From: Squalus acanthias
Lineage: Eukaryota
Direction: 5' to 3'
DNA length: 64,000 bases
Assembly (NCBI GenBank): GCA_030390025.1
Contig: CM059438.1
Coordinates: 62,932,001 to 62,996,000 of the forward strand
The position numbers and the translations under genes are program-made. Below, piece after piece: positions 49,221-60,881 of this stretch (within the stretch, counting starts at the first letter, position 1; each line of letters starts with the position of its first letter). The notes under the pieces are model-generated. The model was not told the DNA's origin and did no database searches. It worked only from the letters and a program-made list of their open reading frames with translations.

Positions 49221-50067
49221 GGGCTGGATTTTGTGAATGGAGGCCAGTTGGAGGTGGGACTGCTGCTTGTCGTGTCAATGTCCCGCCTCCATCCTCGCCT
49301 GACCAACCAGAGGGATTTTCCCCTGATTGAGCTTGTTAAGCCTGTCCTGTGGGCTCAGCAGGCCAATTAGGGAGGAAGTCACTGACCGATCACGTCAACG
49401 TCAGACGTGCTATCTGTCAAGACTTCTTGAAAGAAGAAATGTCAGCGTTTGACAGCTCTGTGAAGCTGTCAAACACTGACATTCTCTTTAGTTTGATGAG
49501 TCCTTTGTGTTGAGGACTCATCAAACCTTTCAAATTTGCAAATTTCACATGGCTATTGGAACGTAGATTCCAACAGCCAGTCTGTGAAATTGACGAGGAG
49601 GATGTCGGCTCTCCCGATCCACCACGGCTAAAGGCTGTAGAAAGAAAACAAGGTAAGTGAACACTTTTTTAAACTTATCACTCACCTTACATACTTACCA
49701 CTCCACACTTGCACCCATCACTCACCTCTACACCTTACTTTCAGGTGCCTCCGACCCCCGCAGACGACCTCCACGTCTCCTTCAACCCGACGGGGTTCTC
49801 CGAGGTCGGGAAGCCTTCACCTGTGAAGGTAAAATGGCACCAATCCTTTTTTCTGCCTGTTAACTACCTGTTAACAGGCAGTTTAAAGGATTAAATGCCT
49901 TTCCCGCCTCCAGGAGACGGGACCCGAAGCTGCACATCTTCCCGCCTCCTGGCAAAAGGGCACGGAGGCGGGATGGGGGCGGCTTTGCCATCCGCCCCCA
50001 CTTTCTCCGAGTTTACCGGCTGTCCCGCCTCCATGCCCGCCTCCTCGGGGCTTGGAAAATCCAGCCC
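49221..50067. mobile_element. MITE with gggctggatttt TIRs, inserted in the CR1
   Basis: gggctggatttt ... aaaatccagccc, a perfect 12-bp inverted pair. CR1 sequence is contiguous on either side. Confidence 0.8.
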
Positions 50068-50582
50068 ATAGAGTACAAAAGCCAGGAAGCTATTCTAAGC
50101 CTATATAAAACACAGTTAAGCTGGAGTATTGTGCCCAATTCTGGGCACCACACTTTAGGAAGGGCGTGAAGGCTTTGGAGAGGATACAGAAGAGATTTAC
50201 TAGAATGGTTCCAGGGATGAGGGATTACAGTTAGTTGGATAGACTGGAGGAGCTGGGGTTGTTCTCCTTAGAGCAGAGAAGGCTAAGGAGATTTGATCGA
50301 GGTGTTTAAACAATGAAGTGTTTAGAGTGAGTAAATAAAGAGAAACTGTTTCCAATGGCTGAAGGGTCGTTAACCAGAGGACACAGATTTAAGGTGATTG
50401 GCAAAAGATCCAGAGGCAACATGGGGAAAACCTTTTTTATGCAACGAGTGGTTAGGATTGGGAATGCGCACTGCCTGATAGGGTGGTGGATACAGATTCA
50501 ATAGTAGCCTTCAAAAGGGAATTGGATAAATACTTGAAGGAGAAAAAATTGCAGGGATATGGGGAAAGAGCGGGGGAGTGGG

Positions 50583-50745
50583 ACCAATGTTCCCTGTAAG
50601 CTGCGCTTTGTTCTGCGCGACCGGTTTCTTTTGATGCGCGGTCCCTTTAAATTTCTGCGCATGCGCGGTATTTACAGTGTAAAAGCCGGTGAGCGGCCTG
50701 CGCGGGACCTTTGAGATTACTGCGTACCTTGGGCCGCACATTGAG
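50583..50745. mobile_element. Short DNA-transposon-like fragment (caatgttccc terminus); related fragment at about 7838-7960
   Basis: ccaatgttccctgtaagctgcgc...cctttaaattt interrupts the CR1 tail. 7915-7960 has the complementary aaatttaaaaggg...gggaacattgg. Confidence 0.5.
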
Positions 50746-52632
50746 TGGCACTAACTGGATTGTTCTTCGAAAGAGCCGGTGCATACCCCATGGGCTGAAT
50801 GGCCTCCTACTTTGCTATACGATTCTATATTCCTATCATGCAGTGAAAAAATACACTGAAGATAACTCCGGTTAATATAAAACGGGATAGTTCTGAAAGA
50901 AGAAAAACTGTGCAAATGCCCCTTAACCATCTGCTTGTCAGACTCTCCTCTAGGGAGTGTCTTTGGCCCTCAATTTAAAGGCAGAATCATCCACTTAATC
51001 AATTTCTTAAATAAGACGTGCGGGTCAAAGGTGACGCTGTAAAGCCAAAAGTTGTGGTTGGCCGTTTCAGAGCTATAAAGCCTAGTGTCTAATTTTGGTA
51101 GTTTTTATTGCAATTGATTGCTTTTTAATATTTGGATTATCTTGAAGAGTCCTGATTGACTGACTGATGCAAGCTGGCATCCTTAGACCTTTTATCAATC
51201 ACAGGTAGTGAAACATTGAGAGTAACCTCTCAGTTTTGGTTATGTATTTAAGAACATAAGCTTGAATGAATGAGAACAGGCTATTCAGTGACGATTGTAG
51301 CCTGTTTGGTAGGATTTGGAATACTGTCAGCCAGTTTGGTAGGATCCATTTCTTGGTCTTGGTGAGGGAGGCCTGCTCCTTGCTCATGTCCACAGTAACA
51401 TCAGAGAGATGTGGCCAGTCTGACCATCTTGACGATGTTCTGACTGGAACGGCACGGCAAGAGTGACTGTTGCCCACGTTTGACCTCCACATTGATGCCA
51501 GGAACACCAGAGAAGATCTGAAGACTGCTCCATCCAAAATGTCCCTTCACCTTCTGCCTGTCAGACTCTCCTCCAGGCAGTGTCTCAATTTAAGGGCTGA
51601 ATCATCCAACCATCTAGGGTTGCTGGAGCACGAGTTGGACCTTGGTAAATTTGTCGCCCACTCTTACTTCAGCATAACTTATCCAGCAGTCGCAAGAGCC
51701 AATTTAATAAGACAACTGCCCTTGTTCTAATTGTCTGCAGTAGCTGCCAGTTGTGATACCACCTCTGATATAATTAAAAGAACTTGTAGCTTTTATATAT
51801 TTAAATTGTCTCCCTCTTTAATTTTACTTGAGGAAGAATTCCTTGAACTTAAATTACATTTAGCTTGTTTGCTTTCTTCGGTGATCATCTTGTCTTGGTT
51901 CTCCTCTCTTAGTTCCACGTAAAATATCTCCTTAATAAACTCTCTTGATTCCCATTATTACTTTAGAAACACTCGCTCAAATTTTTTGGAGGAATTGACT
52001 GGCTTCACTTCAGCATCCCTGAAAACTCAGTGATGCAAGGGCCTAAAAGATGATCCAGGAAAGCTGACTGTGGAATTGACAATAGGATTGCTGACCTGGA
52101 GTACAAATCCCCGAGGTTGAGTGATTGCGTCTGCCAGCTATCCACTATCTCCTGATAATGGGTACAGCAGAATTTGTTCTTCCCCATTCGGTCTCTGTCC
52201 CTCCTGCTGTTTAAACCATGCCTTGTTCCTCTGCTCTCTTTGTAGCTTTGAAAAATTATTGTAGCCAGGCTCCAACCATAGTGGAGAACTTCATTCCGAC
52301 TGACCCACTGAATAGGTAACTGGTTGGCATCTCATCATATCCGATTCCATTTCATCGTTTCCTGGGTTAACAACCTGAAGTTTAGTTTGAATATTCGATG
52401 CTGTGGCAGAATGAATGCTGTGTATTCAAACGTGAAATGAGATGAGATTTATTTTGCTCTGAGTGAAGGAACAATAGCCATATAAGGAAATTCTAAGGAG
52501 CTGCTCTTAACGGCAGTAAAGTTGGAATTACTGTGTTAGGGTTACGCAGGGAGTCAACGTGCATCGGAGTTAGTGTCCCACGTAATGGCTATTAATTTGT
52601 GAATTTTCACTGTGGCTGCTGTTTCTTTGAAG

Positions 52633-52796
52633 GGTCACACAGCTTCTCGAGCGAATCAATGAGGTTGTGGAAGAGAGCAATCTGTTCGATCCTGATCGCC
52701 CAGGTCTTGAAGAGGAGCTGGAATCGCTACGGCGTCATCTGGAATCAATGAACAACGATCCAAGCTCGGTGGAGAACCACTTCAATAGCAGTCAAG
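52633..52796 (+). CDS. ABCA2: ABCA2 coding exon: (T)VTQLLERINEVVEESNLFDPDRPGLEEELESLRRHLESMNNDPSSVENHFNSSQ(G)
   Basis: tttctttgaAG acceptor, AAG|GTAA donor, 164 bp, open in the expected frame. Resembles ABCA2 VTQLLERLDRVVEEGNLFDPARPSLGSELEALRQHLE. Not present in the ORF track. Confidence 0.93.
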
Positions 52797-53775
52797 GTAA
52801 AAGAGCACTTATTTAGGGTCCGTCCCCGAGATGTACAAAATGAGAGTTGTGGCGGGGTGGAGGATGCAAACAAGCAAAAGGTACAAAGTCAGATGCGACA
52901 ATTAAATTGTGAGGCCGCATTGATTTAGGACTCCTGGGGAAAAACACAGAAGAAATGTGTTGGCAAAATAGAATGTCGCCTGCACTTAAAACAAACTCGC
53001 ACTTCTCACATATCTGTAAGTCATCATTTTTAGCCTAAAATCCATGGTGTCACAAATCCTATAACCCATGTGAATGAGTATGTATTTTTTTTTTGTTACT
53101 TTAAGAACCAAAACAGGTCAACACAGGGCCAAACAAACCCAAATCAAACTCGGCAAAGTAAGACCTGCAGAGTCAGGTGTACAAGGTTTTCCTTGGGTTT
53201 TTCCAGGAGTTGAGGCAGAAGAGCTTTATTATGAAAGCTGATGAATGTAATATTCAATTTTAGAAACATAGAAAAATCAGAGCAGGAGTAGGCCATACGG
53301 CCCTTCGAGCCTGCTCCGCCATTCAACGTGATCTTGGCTGATCCTCTATCTCAATACCATGTTTTGGAGTTCATTTTAACGGTACCTGTTAGAGTATTCA
53401 TTTATTTCTACATTTAGATCCCCGCTGGCAGAATTTATTGTGTGTGTATGTCTGTTTGTGTGTGTGTGTGTGTTTATCTATCTGTGTTTTGTCTGTGTGT
53501 GTGTGTGTGTATCTGTCTGTGTGTTGTGTGTACACTGTAGCACAGAAACAAAAAATGTTTATATTATCTCCACTGTTTATATTTCATGTGACCAAGTGTT
53601 GCAACAACAGCCCATTTAAAATTTTACACAAATCATGGAGAGGAATTTCTGAGGAAGTTCTGCATGCACTAATCTGGGCCCTTCATACTCTTGGGTCCCC
53701 GAACTCCTGCAAGCTAAGATCAGAGCAATTATCTGAAATGCTTGATTTTTAAGAAACTTTAAAAAAACAAACAAT

Positions 53776-55265
53776 TAGAATCATAGAATCTTACAGCACA
53801 GAAGGAGGCCATTCGGCCCGTCATGCCTGTGCCGGCTCTTTGAAAGAGCGATCCAATTAGTCCCGCTTCCCAGCTTTTTCGCCATAATCCTCTTTAACTG
53901 CATGTCCAATTGCCTATTGAACGTTCCTGTGGAATCTGCTTCCACCACCCTTTCAAGTAGTGCGTTCCAGATCATAACCCTCTGTGTGAAAAAAATTCTC
54001 CTCATTTCCCCTCTCGTTCTTTTGCCAATTATTTTAAATCTATGACCTCTGGTTACTAACCCACTTGCCAGAGGAAACAGTTTCTCCTTGCTTGCTTTAT
54101 CAAAACCCTGTCATAATTCTGAATACCTCAATTAGGTCTCCCCATATCCTTCTCTGCTCCAAGGAGAACAATCCCAGCTTCTCCAATTTGTCCATATAAG
54201 TCCCTCATTCCTGGTATCATCCTGGTAAACCTCTTCTGTACCCTCTCCAAGGCCTTGACATCCTTCCCAAAGTGTGGTGCCCAGAATTGTACACACTGCT
54301 CCAGCTGAGGCCTAACCAGAGATTTGTAAAGGGTTTAGGATGACTGACTTATTTTTGTATTCAGTGCCTTTATGTACAAAGCCAAGTATCCCATACACTT
54401 TCTTAACTGCCTTATCAACTTGCCCTGCCACCTTCAAAGATTTGTGAATATGCATCCCCAGGTCCCTCTGCTCTTGCAACCCCCTCACAATAGTACCATT
54501 TAGATTATACTGCCTCTCCATGTTGTTTCTCCCAAAATGCATCACTTCACACTTAACCGCATTAAATTGGATCTGCCATGTGTCTGCCCATTTCACCAGT
54601 CTGTCTTATGTCCTCCTGAAGTCTGCTGCTATCCTGTTCACTATTTACTACATTGCCAAGTTTTGTATCATCTGCAAACTTTGAAATTGTACTCCTTATA
54701 CCCAAGTCCAGGTCATTTATATATAATGATGTGGAGATGCCGGTGTTGGACTGGGGTGGACAAATGTGAGAAGTCGCACAACACCAGGTTATAGTCCAAC
54801 AGCTTCATTTGAAATCACAAGCTTTCGGAGCACTGCTCCTGCGTCAGGTGAAGTGACGCAGGAGCAGTGCTCCGAAAGCTTGTGATTTCAAATAAAGCTG
54901 TTGGACTATAACCTGGTGTTGTGCGACTTCTCACACTTATATATAAAAGTAATGATCCTAATACTGACACCTGAGGGACCCCACTGCATACTTCTCTCTA
55001 GTCCGAAACCATTCACCACTACTCTCTGCCTCCTCTCCCTGAGCCAATTACATATCCAAGTTACCACCATCCATTTAATACCATGAGCTTCTATTTTTCG
55101 AATAAGTCTGTTATGTGGTTCTTTATCAAATGCCTTTTGAAAGTCCATATATATAACATCCCCTTGCCTTCATCAACCCTTTCTGTTACTTCATCAAAGA
55201 ACTCAATCAGGTTAGTCAGACAAGATTTGCCTTTAACAAATCTGTGCTGGCTGTCCCTTTTATTA
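53776..55265 (-). mobile_element. CR1 LINE ORF2 3' portion, antisense
   Basis: Minus-strand GKSCLTNLIEFFDEVT, DFQKAFDK.PH.RL, WQIQFNAVKCEVMHFG and RRIFFTQRV motifs. Confidence 0.92.
54727..54936. mobile_element. Palindromic Penelope-derived mini-element with a 10-bp TSD, inserted in CR1
   Basis: ttatatataa at 54717-26 and 54937-46. Arms of about 82 bp (54765-54846 and 54854-54935). Same terminus as the element at 8226. Confidence 0.8.
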
Positions 55266-55269
55266 ACCC

Positions 55270-55617
55270 AATCTGCGTACAACAAGCTCCCACAAACAGC
55301 AATGTGATAAATGACCAAATAACCTGTTTTTGTTATGTTGGTTGAGGAGTAAGTATTGGCCAGGACGCCGGGGATAACTCCCCTGCTCTTCTTCGAAATA
55401 GTGCCATGGGATCTTTTACGTCCACCTGAGAGAGCAGACGGGGCCTCGGTTTAACGTCTCATCCGAAAGACGGCACCTCCGACAGTGCAGCACTCCCTCA
55501 GCACTGCACTGGAGTGTTAGCCTAGCTTTATGTGCTTAAGTCCCAGGAGTGAGACTTGAACCCACAACCTTCTGACTCAGAGGCGAGTGTGCTACCCACT
55601 GAGCCACAGCTGACACT
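55270..55617 (-). mobile_element. DeuSINE (SacSINE1-like) 5' two-thirds
   Basis: Minus-strand head gtgtcagctgtggctcagtgggtagcacactcgcctctgagtcagaaggttgtgggttcaagtc with clear A/B boxes. Confidence 0.82.
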
Positions 55618-56454
55618 GATAGATGGCCCTTAAATGTCAGCTCTGGAAGCAGTTGTGCCAGGTTTTCAGTGGAGCATTCTGCCTCTCATCTGCACTCGGT
55701 GCTCAGTGCAGGATATGTAGAAGTGCAGAGCCATCTGGCCTTCAGCTGCCTGTCATTTCAATTGCTGCATCCTCTTCAAGTGCAGCCACCAGGACAGGAC
55801 ATTCAGAGGCAGTACTATTTGGACAGAGAACAGGGGAAAAAACATTCGCGCCCATTTTTTTTTGTACATAGCACCCACTTTTCAAGCTCTATTCAGGTGC
55901 TAAGCCCAGCAAAATATAACCAATATTTCCCTAGTGAAACTGAGCATCTTGTTTTGTTTGAGAAAATAGTAGGTAGTATCACTGTTAGATGGTTGTAAAA
56001 GTGGCATGTTTATAGGCTTCAGATAGACTGCTGTCACTTACTGAGTCTTGCCAACATTTAATTGTGCCTCCTCTCTTTCCCCAGTGTGTAAGTTGACCTT
56101 TTGGTTTTCCGATTCATGCCCACTTGTGGCAGTACCAATATCTGGAAGACACGGATGTAGGAGGAGAACCTTTAGAACTGTTTAGATCACTCTCTGCTTC
56201 ACTGCAGTGCAGAAATGCTGTCATTGTACACCGCCTTTTAATAATGGTTTAGTAAGTAATTCCTTTCCCTCAAAGGGACTCTCTTAGTGCGGTGAATAAT
56301 CATTTCAGTTTTAACATGTAAAGACATTAACTGACCTTGTGCAATACTATCCAGTTATTCACAGAGCTTCACACCAGCTGAGCTACACTGGTAAATACTG
56401 TCTGCAGTGTTTGTGTGGGCAAGAGTCTCGAACTCACAGCTCTGCTTTGCTTTA

Positions 56455-56700
56455 CATAGAATTACATAAAATTTACAGCACGGAAACAGGCCATTCTGCT
56501 CAACTGATCTATGCCGGTATTTACGCTCCACATGAGCCTCCTTCCACCCTACTTTATCTCACCCCATCAGCATCTCGTTCTATGCCTTTCTCCCTCATGT
56601 ACTTGTCCAGCTTCCCCTTAAATGCATCTATGCTATTCACCTCAAGTACTCCTTGTGCTAGCGAGTTCCACATTCTAGCCACTCTTTGGGTAAAGAAACT
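56455..56700 (-). mobile_element. CR1 LINE 3' fragment
   Basis: Minus-strand FFTQRVARMWNSLAQGVLEVNSIDAFKGKLDKY. Confidence 0.85.
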
Positions 56701-57324
56701 ATCTTTGCTTTGTACTGCAATTAGGAAACTTGCTCGGGTATGGTCGCACTGGTGTCCAGTGCCCTCTGGCAACTTACCAAGTGGCCCTCGCTCACGCGGG
56801 AACCTGGACAGTGAGTACTTGACTGGTGGGCATCTCGGCACAGTCCAATACTGCCATTGTCTGACATCCGCATGCTCACGGGTCGCTGGACAGCAATCAA
56901 GCCGGAACCCTGGCTGGTTTCTTTTTATACCCTCCTTCCTAGCCTAGCTGTACTGTGAAGCCAATACCAAGGTAGTATTTCAACTGCTGCCCCTGCTGAG
57001 GTTGGTGAAGTCATCAGAGTGGGGATTGAACCTGGGACCTCTTTGTTTGTATGACGACTCCTACATCTGATGGTGCATTAGGCCTCGGGTGAAGCTAGAC
57101 CTATCCTTGATAAGAAATAATAATAATGGAATATAAATTGTCGTGATTTCAGTGGCAGAGTAACAAGCGTACTGTACTTATTTTTCTGAAGAGCAGTAAC
57201 TCACTAAAAAGGGCTGCATTTTCTTGAAAGCTACTGATGAAATGTGCAATGGTGCCATATGTGGATTGGCACCTCCACTTCCTCGCATTGTGAGTCCTTG
57301 GTCTTGAATAGGGTGCATAAAAGA

Positions 57325-57780
57325 GTTACAAGGATGAAAGCAGAACTGCGAGGTTATACCTATCAGGAAAGGATGAACAGGCTGGGTCTCTTTTCACTTG
57401 AAAAAAGAAGGGTGACCTAATAGAGGTCTTTAAAATTATGAAAGGTTTTGATAGAGTAGACACAGAGAGAGTGTTTCCAATTGTGGGGAAGAGCAAAACT
57501 AGAAGCCATAAGATAGTCACCAAGAAATCAAGTAGGGAATTCAGAAGAAGCTTCTTTACCCAGAGAGTGGTGAGAATGTGGAACTCGCTACCACAGGGAG
57601 TAGTTGAGGCGAATATTATAGATGCATTTAAGGGACGGTTAGATAAGCATATGAGGGAGAAGGGAATAGAGGGTTATGCTGATAGTTAGATGAGGAAGGA
57701 TGGGAGGAGGCTCGAGTAGAGCATGGTGTGGTTGGGCCGAGTGGCCTGTTTCTGTGCTGTATTTTCGATATAACTCTATG
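57325..57780 (+). mobile_element. CR1 LINE 3' fragment
   Basis: MKGFDRVDTERVFP...FRRSFFTQRVVRMWNSLPQGVVEA. Confidence 0.88.
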
Positions 57781-59058
57781 TAATAGGTGTTTGGGAGGAA
57801 TATGGACCAGCTGGTTGCCCAAAGAGGGGGAGGAGGTCACCCTGGGATGCTTCTGTGTCCTTTCTAGTGAAGTCTAGGGAGCAAGTTACCTGTCTGTGCT
57901 CAGTGTGAGGATGTTGTGTGGCATGGGTAGACACACTGACAGGAGGATCTGTGTGTGTGTGTGTATGTTATCTAAAACTGAGATGATATATTACTGTTTC
58001 TTAATAGGTACCTAAAACTGTTGATATTACAGCACCCTTTATCACTGACACAAGGGATAATAACGTGAGATTTTTTTGCAACAGAGAAAAGGCAATTAAA
58101 CCATACCAGCCCATTCATTTTTTAGATACAGATCAAGTCCAGCTAACCTGCCTGCCCTCTCCTCTCTATAAACAAATCTTGAACCCATTTATAGTATCTG
58201 CTTCAATGGTCTTCACTGTAACTTGCCATTACAGCAGAGTGCTAAATCTACTCTGAACTCTAGCAATGGGACATAACCCTCTTTGTAATATAGAGTATCC
58301 ATGAGTGAAACTGAGATTAACAAAGTTTTCATTGGGGCTTCAGTTCTTTCTGGAATTGAGTAGAGTTGTTGATGTAACTCGCTGTCATGTTTCCTGAATT
58401 TGGTTGTTCTGGGAGTACTGGAAACTCGTTGAACGATTACACTACAGTGGAGTGATTGTGAACCTGTTAAGTGGCCAGGTATGTTCTTCCTGCACCCTGT
58501 TGCTGTACCGAATAAAGAGTAAGATGACTGGGCAGGGGAACTGAGTGTTTATTATTCAACAGTGCGGCTTTGATTATTCGGTGAGACAGGTTGATGGAGA
58601 AAGGAAGGCCATAATTAAGGTCAAGAAATTAAAGGTGTAGTTTCCAGATACTCTCTCTAGTTATTAGTTGAAATGAGCCTGTGAACATTGAAGAAATGTA
58701 AACGTAATGTGCTGTTCGGTTGTAAGCTTGGAAGAGGGTTTCACTTCCTCAACCACAAACCGTACTCTTCAGCAGCAAAATACATTCCCTTTTTTTTCAT
58801 GAAGTGTTAAATGCAATAAACAATTTGAAGCATTGAGTCCCAAGGTTTCTGTAGGAGATTGCACTGTTCTCATGTTCAGCCCTTGAGGGGCAGGGTCCCC
58901 AATGAAAGGTGATTTTTTTTTTTCTCTTGCCAATCTCCTGTATATTCTTTGTAATGCCAGCTATTCTTTGAATGCAGATGGAATCTACTATAAACCTGCA
59001 GTGGCAACAGATCATGTTCTCTCTACAAACAAGAAATGCTAGCTTGAATATATGATTG

Positions 59059-59543
59059 GAATCAAATAGTGTTCCACTAACGGTGGTTAGAATCAAATAG
59101 TGTTCCACTAACGGTGGTTAGAATCAAATAGTGTTCCACTAGCGGTGGTTAGAATCAAATAGTGTTCCACTAGCGGTGGTTAGAATCAAATAGTGTTCCA
59201 CTAACAGTAGTTAGAATCAAATAGTGTTCCACTAACGGTGGTTAGAATCAAATAGTGTTCCACTAACAGTGGTTAGAATCAAATAGTGTTCCACTAACAG
59301 TAGTTAGAATCAAATAGTGTTCCACTAGCGGTGGTTAGAATCAAATAGTGTTCCACAAACTCTGGTTAGAATCAGAGTGTTCCACTAACGGTGGTTAGAA
59401 TCAAATAGTGTTCCACTAACAGTGGTTAGAATCAAATAGTGTTCCACTAACAGTGGTTAGAATCAGAGTGTTCCACTAACGGTGGTTAGAATCAAATAGT
59501 GTTCCACTAACAGTGGTTAGAATCAGTGTTCCACTAACAGTGG
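59059..59543. repeat. Minisatellite, 31-bp unit (gaatcaaatagtgttccactaacggtggtta), about 16 copies
   Basis: Head-to-tail units with no spacers. Ends at the LTR insertion site. Confidence 0.97.
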
Positions 59544-59772
59544 TGACATGAATCTTGTCATTCATGTGGAAATGACTTATGAAATAATACTGGGCGGCCT
59601 GCTGGTGGCGCTGTCCAGGGAGAGTATAAATACTCAGGCATGGGCCCAGCTTGCTCAGGACATTCCTCAACAGGAACTAGTGAAGGACACAACTGGATCT
59701 CCATGTTGAAAAACAGTTGATTAAAGCTTTGTTTAACGCTTAGACCAAGTGCCTAGTAGTTTTCTTACTTCA
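59544..59772 (+). mobile_element. Solo LTR (229 bp) with 5-bp TSD AGTGG
   Basis: agtgg|TGACATG ... CTTCA|agtgg. TATAAATA at 59625 and ATTAAA at 59720. Second copy at 20539-20767. Confidence 0.85.
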
Positions 59773-59892
59773 AGTGGTTTTCTAACATGTAGCCTTTTTA
59801 GCATTCACCAAGGCTCTGTGCTCAAGCAATAATACAAACCGTGTAATGCGAAGTATCATAGAGTATTGTTTGACGAGTATTATTGTAATATG

Positions 59893-60350
59893 GTGCCAGC
59901 TTAGCTCAGTGGTAGCACTCGTGTCTCTGAGTCAGAAGGTTGTGGGTTCAAGCCCAGGACTTGAGTACTTAATCTAAACTGTCAATGGGGCAGTACTGAG
60001 GGATTGTTGCACTGTTGGAGGTGCTGTTTTTTGGATGAGGCGTTAAACTGAGGCCCAGTCTACTTGTTCGGGTGGACGTAAAAGATCCCCTGGCTTCACT
60101 CGAAGAAGAGCAAGGGAGTTTTCCCAGTTTTGTTACAATCATTTATCCTTCAACTAACGCCACTGAAACAGATTATCTGGTCATTTATCTCACTGCTGTT
60201 TGTGGGACATTGCTGTGCACAAATTGGCTGCCATGTTTACATAGATAACGAGAGCGATTACACTACAACAAGTAATTCATTACCTGTGAAGTGCTGTGGG
60301 ACATTCGGAGGATGTAAAAGGTGCTATGTAAAGGCAAGTTCTTTTCTTTC
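59893..60350 (+). mobile_element. Full-length DeuSINE (SacSINE1-like)
   Basis: tagctcagtggtagcactc...gggttcaagccc head, ggatgaggcgttaaactgaggccc core and aaaaggtgctatgtaaaggcaagtt tail. Confidence 0.8.
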
Positions 60351-60881
60351 ATTACCAGTGGGTATAAAATATGTATCCAGGGCACCAATAGCTTCTCTAT
60401 TCTAGTGTTATCACTTCAGTAAAAGCTTCTATCTCATATTAGTGTAGCTTGATCTCTTGTGTTTCGAAGACACATAGATGTGAATAACGCCACATTTTAC
60501 AGCAATGGCCACCAAACATATGTGATGTTTCAGAATATTTATTCAGCAGAGCTGTTGAAGTACGATTGAGAGCATCAGGGCTTTTGAAGAAGCTGTTTCT
60601 CTCAAGTGCAGGTGAATTTCAGTCACTGTTCCCTTGTAAACAGGACCATTGTAACTCACTCACACCAATGGTGACTGACAGGGCTTCAACAATCGGTTGT
60701 ACAGCTAATTGAAGTGAGTGAATTAATGTCATGCAACCACAGATGTCTCTCCTCTGCATAGGGTTTGCTGAGGAAGGTTATAAGTTGTAAGCTTTTTATT
60801 TTGAGTTTGATAATATGCAGCAACTTTCAGAGGTTAAAGCTTGGGTTTAATTATTTTGCCTTCGCTCCTGTATCTCATTAG

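Larger units (their letters stand above)
46270..50830 (+). mobile_element. Fragmented CR1 LINE (ORF2 remnants to 3' tail) interrupted by an L2, a MITE and a short element
   Basis: ISKFADDTKL...WQMKFNAEK and HFGRKHEE...EQRDLG RT motifs at 46680-46970. The CR1 resumes at 49179 (agcatatgggatcctgggttttataaatagaggca), at 50068 (atagagtacaaaagcc) and at about 50745. Confidence 0.85.

Noticed and set aside
49491..49530. tgatgagtcc...ggac resembling a hammerhead ribozyme
   Set aside because: Lacks the CUGA start and the GAAA after stem II; it is a simple perfect hairpin.
55540..55617. tRNA gene candidates (also about 22080-22147 and 59893-59960)
   Set aside because: The A/B-box heads run directly into the SINE body and L2-like tail, so these are SINE heads rather than tRNA genes.
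59059..59543. CRISPR-like appearance (31-bp partly palindromic repeats)
   Set aside because: No spacers; an ordinary tandem array.
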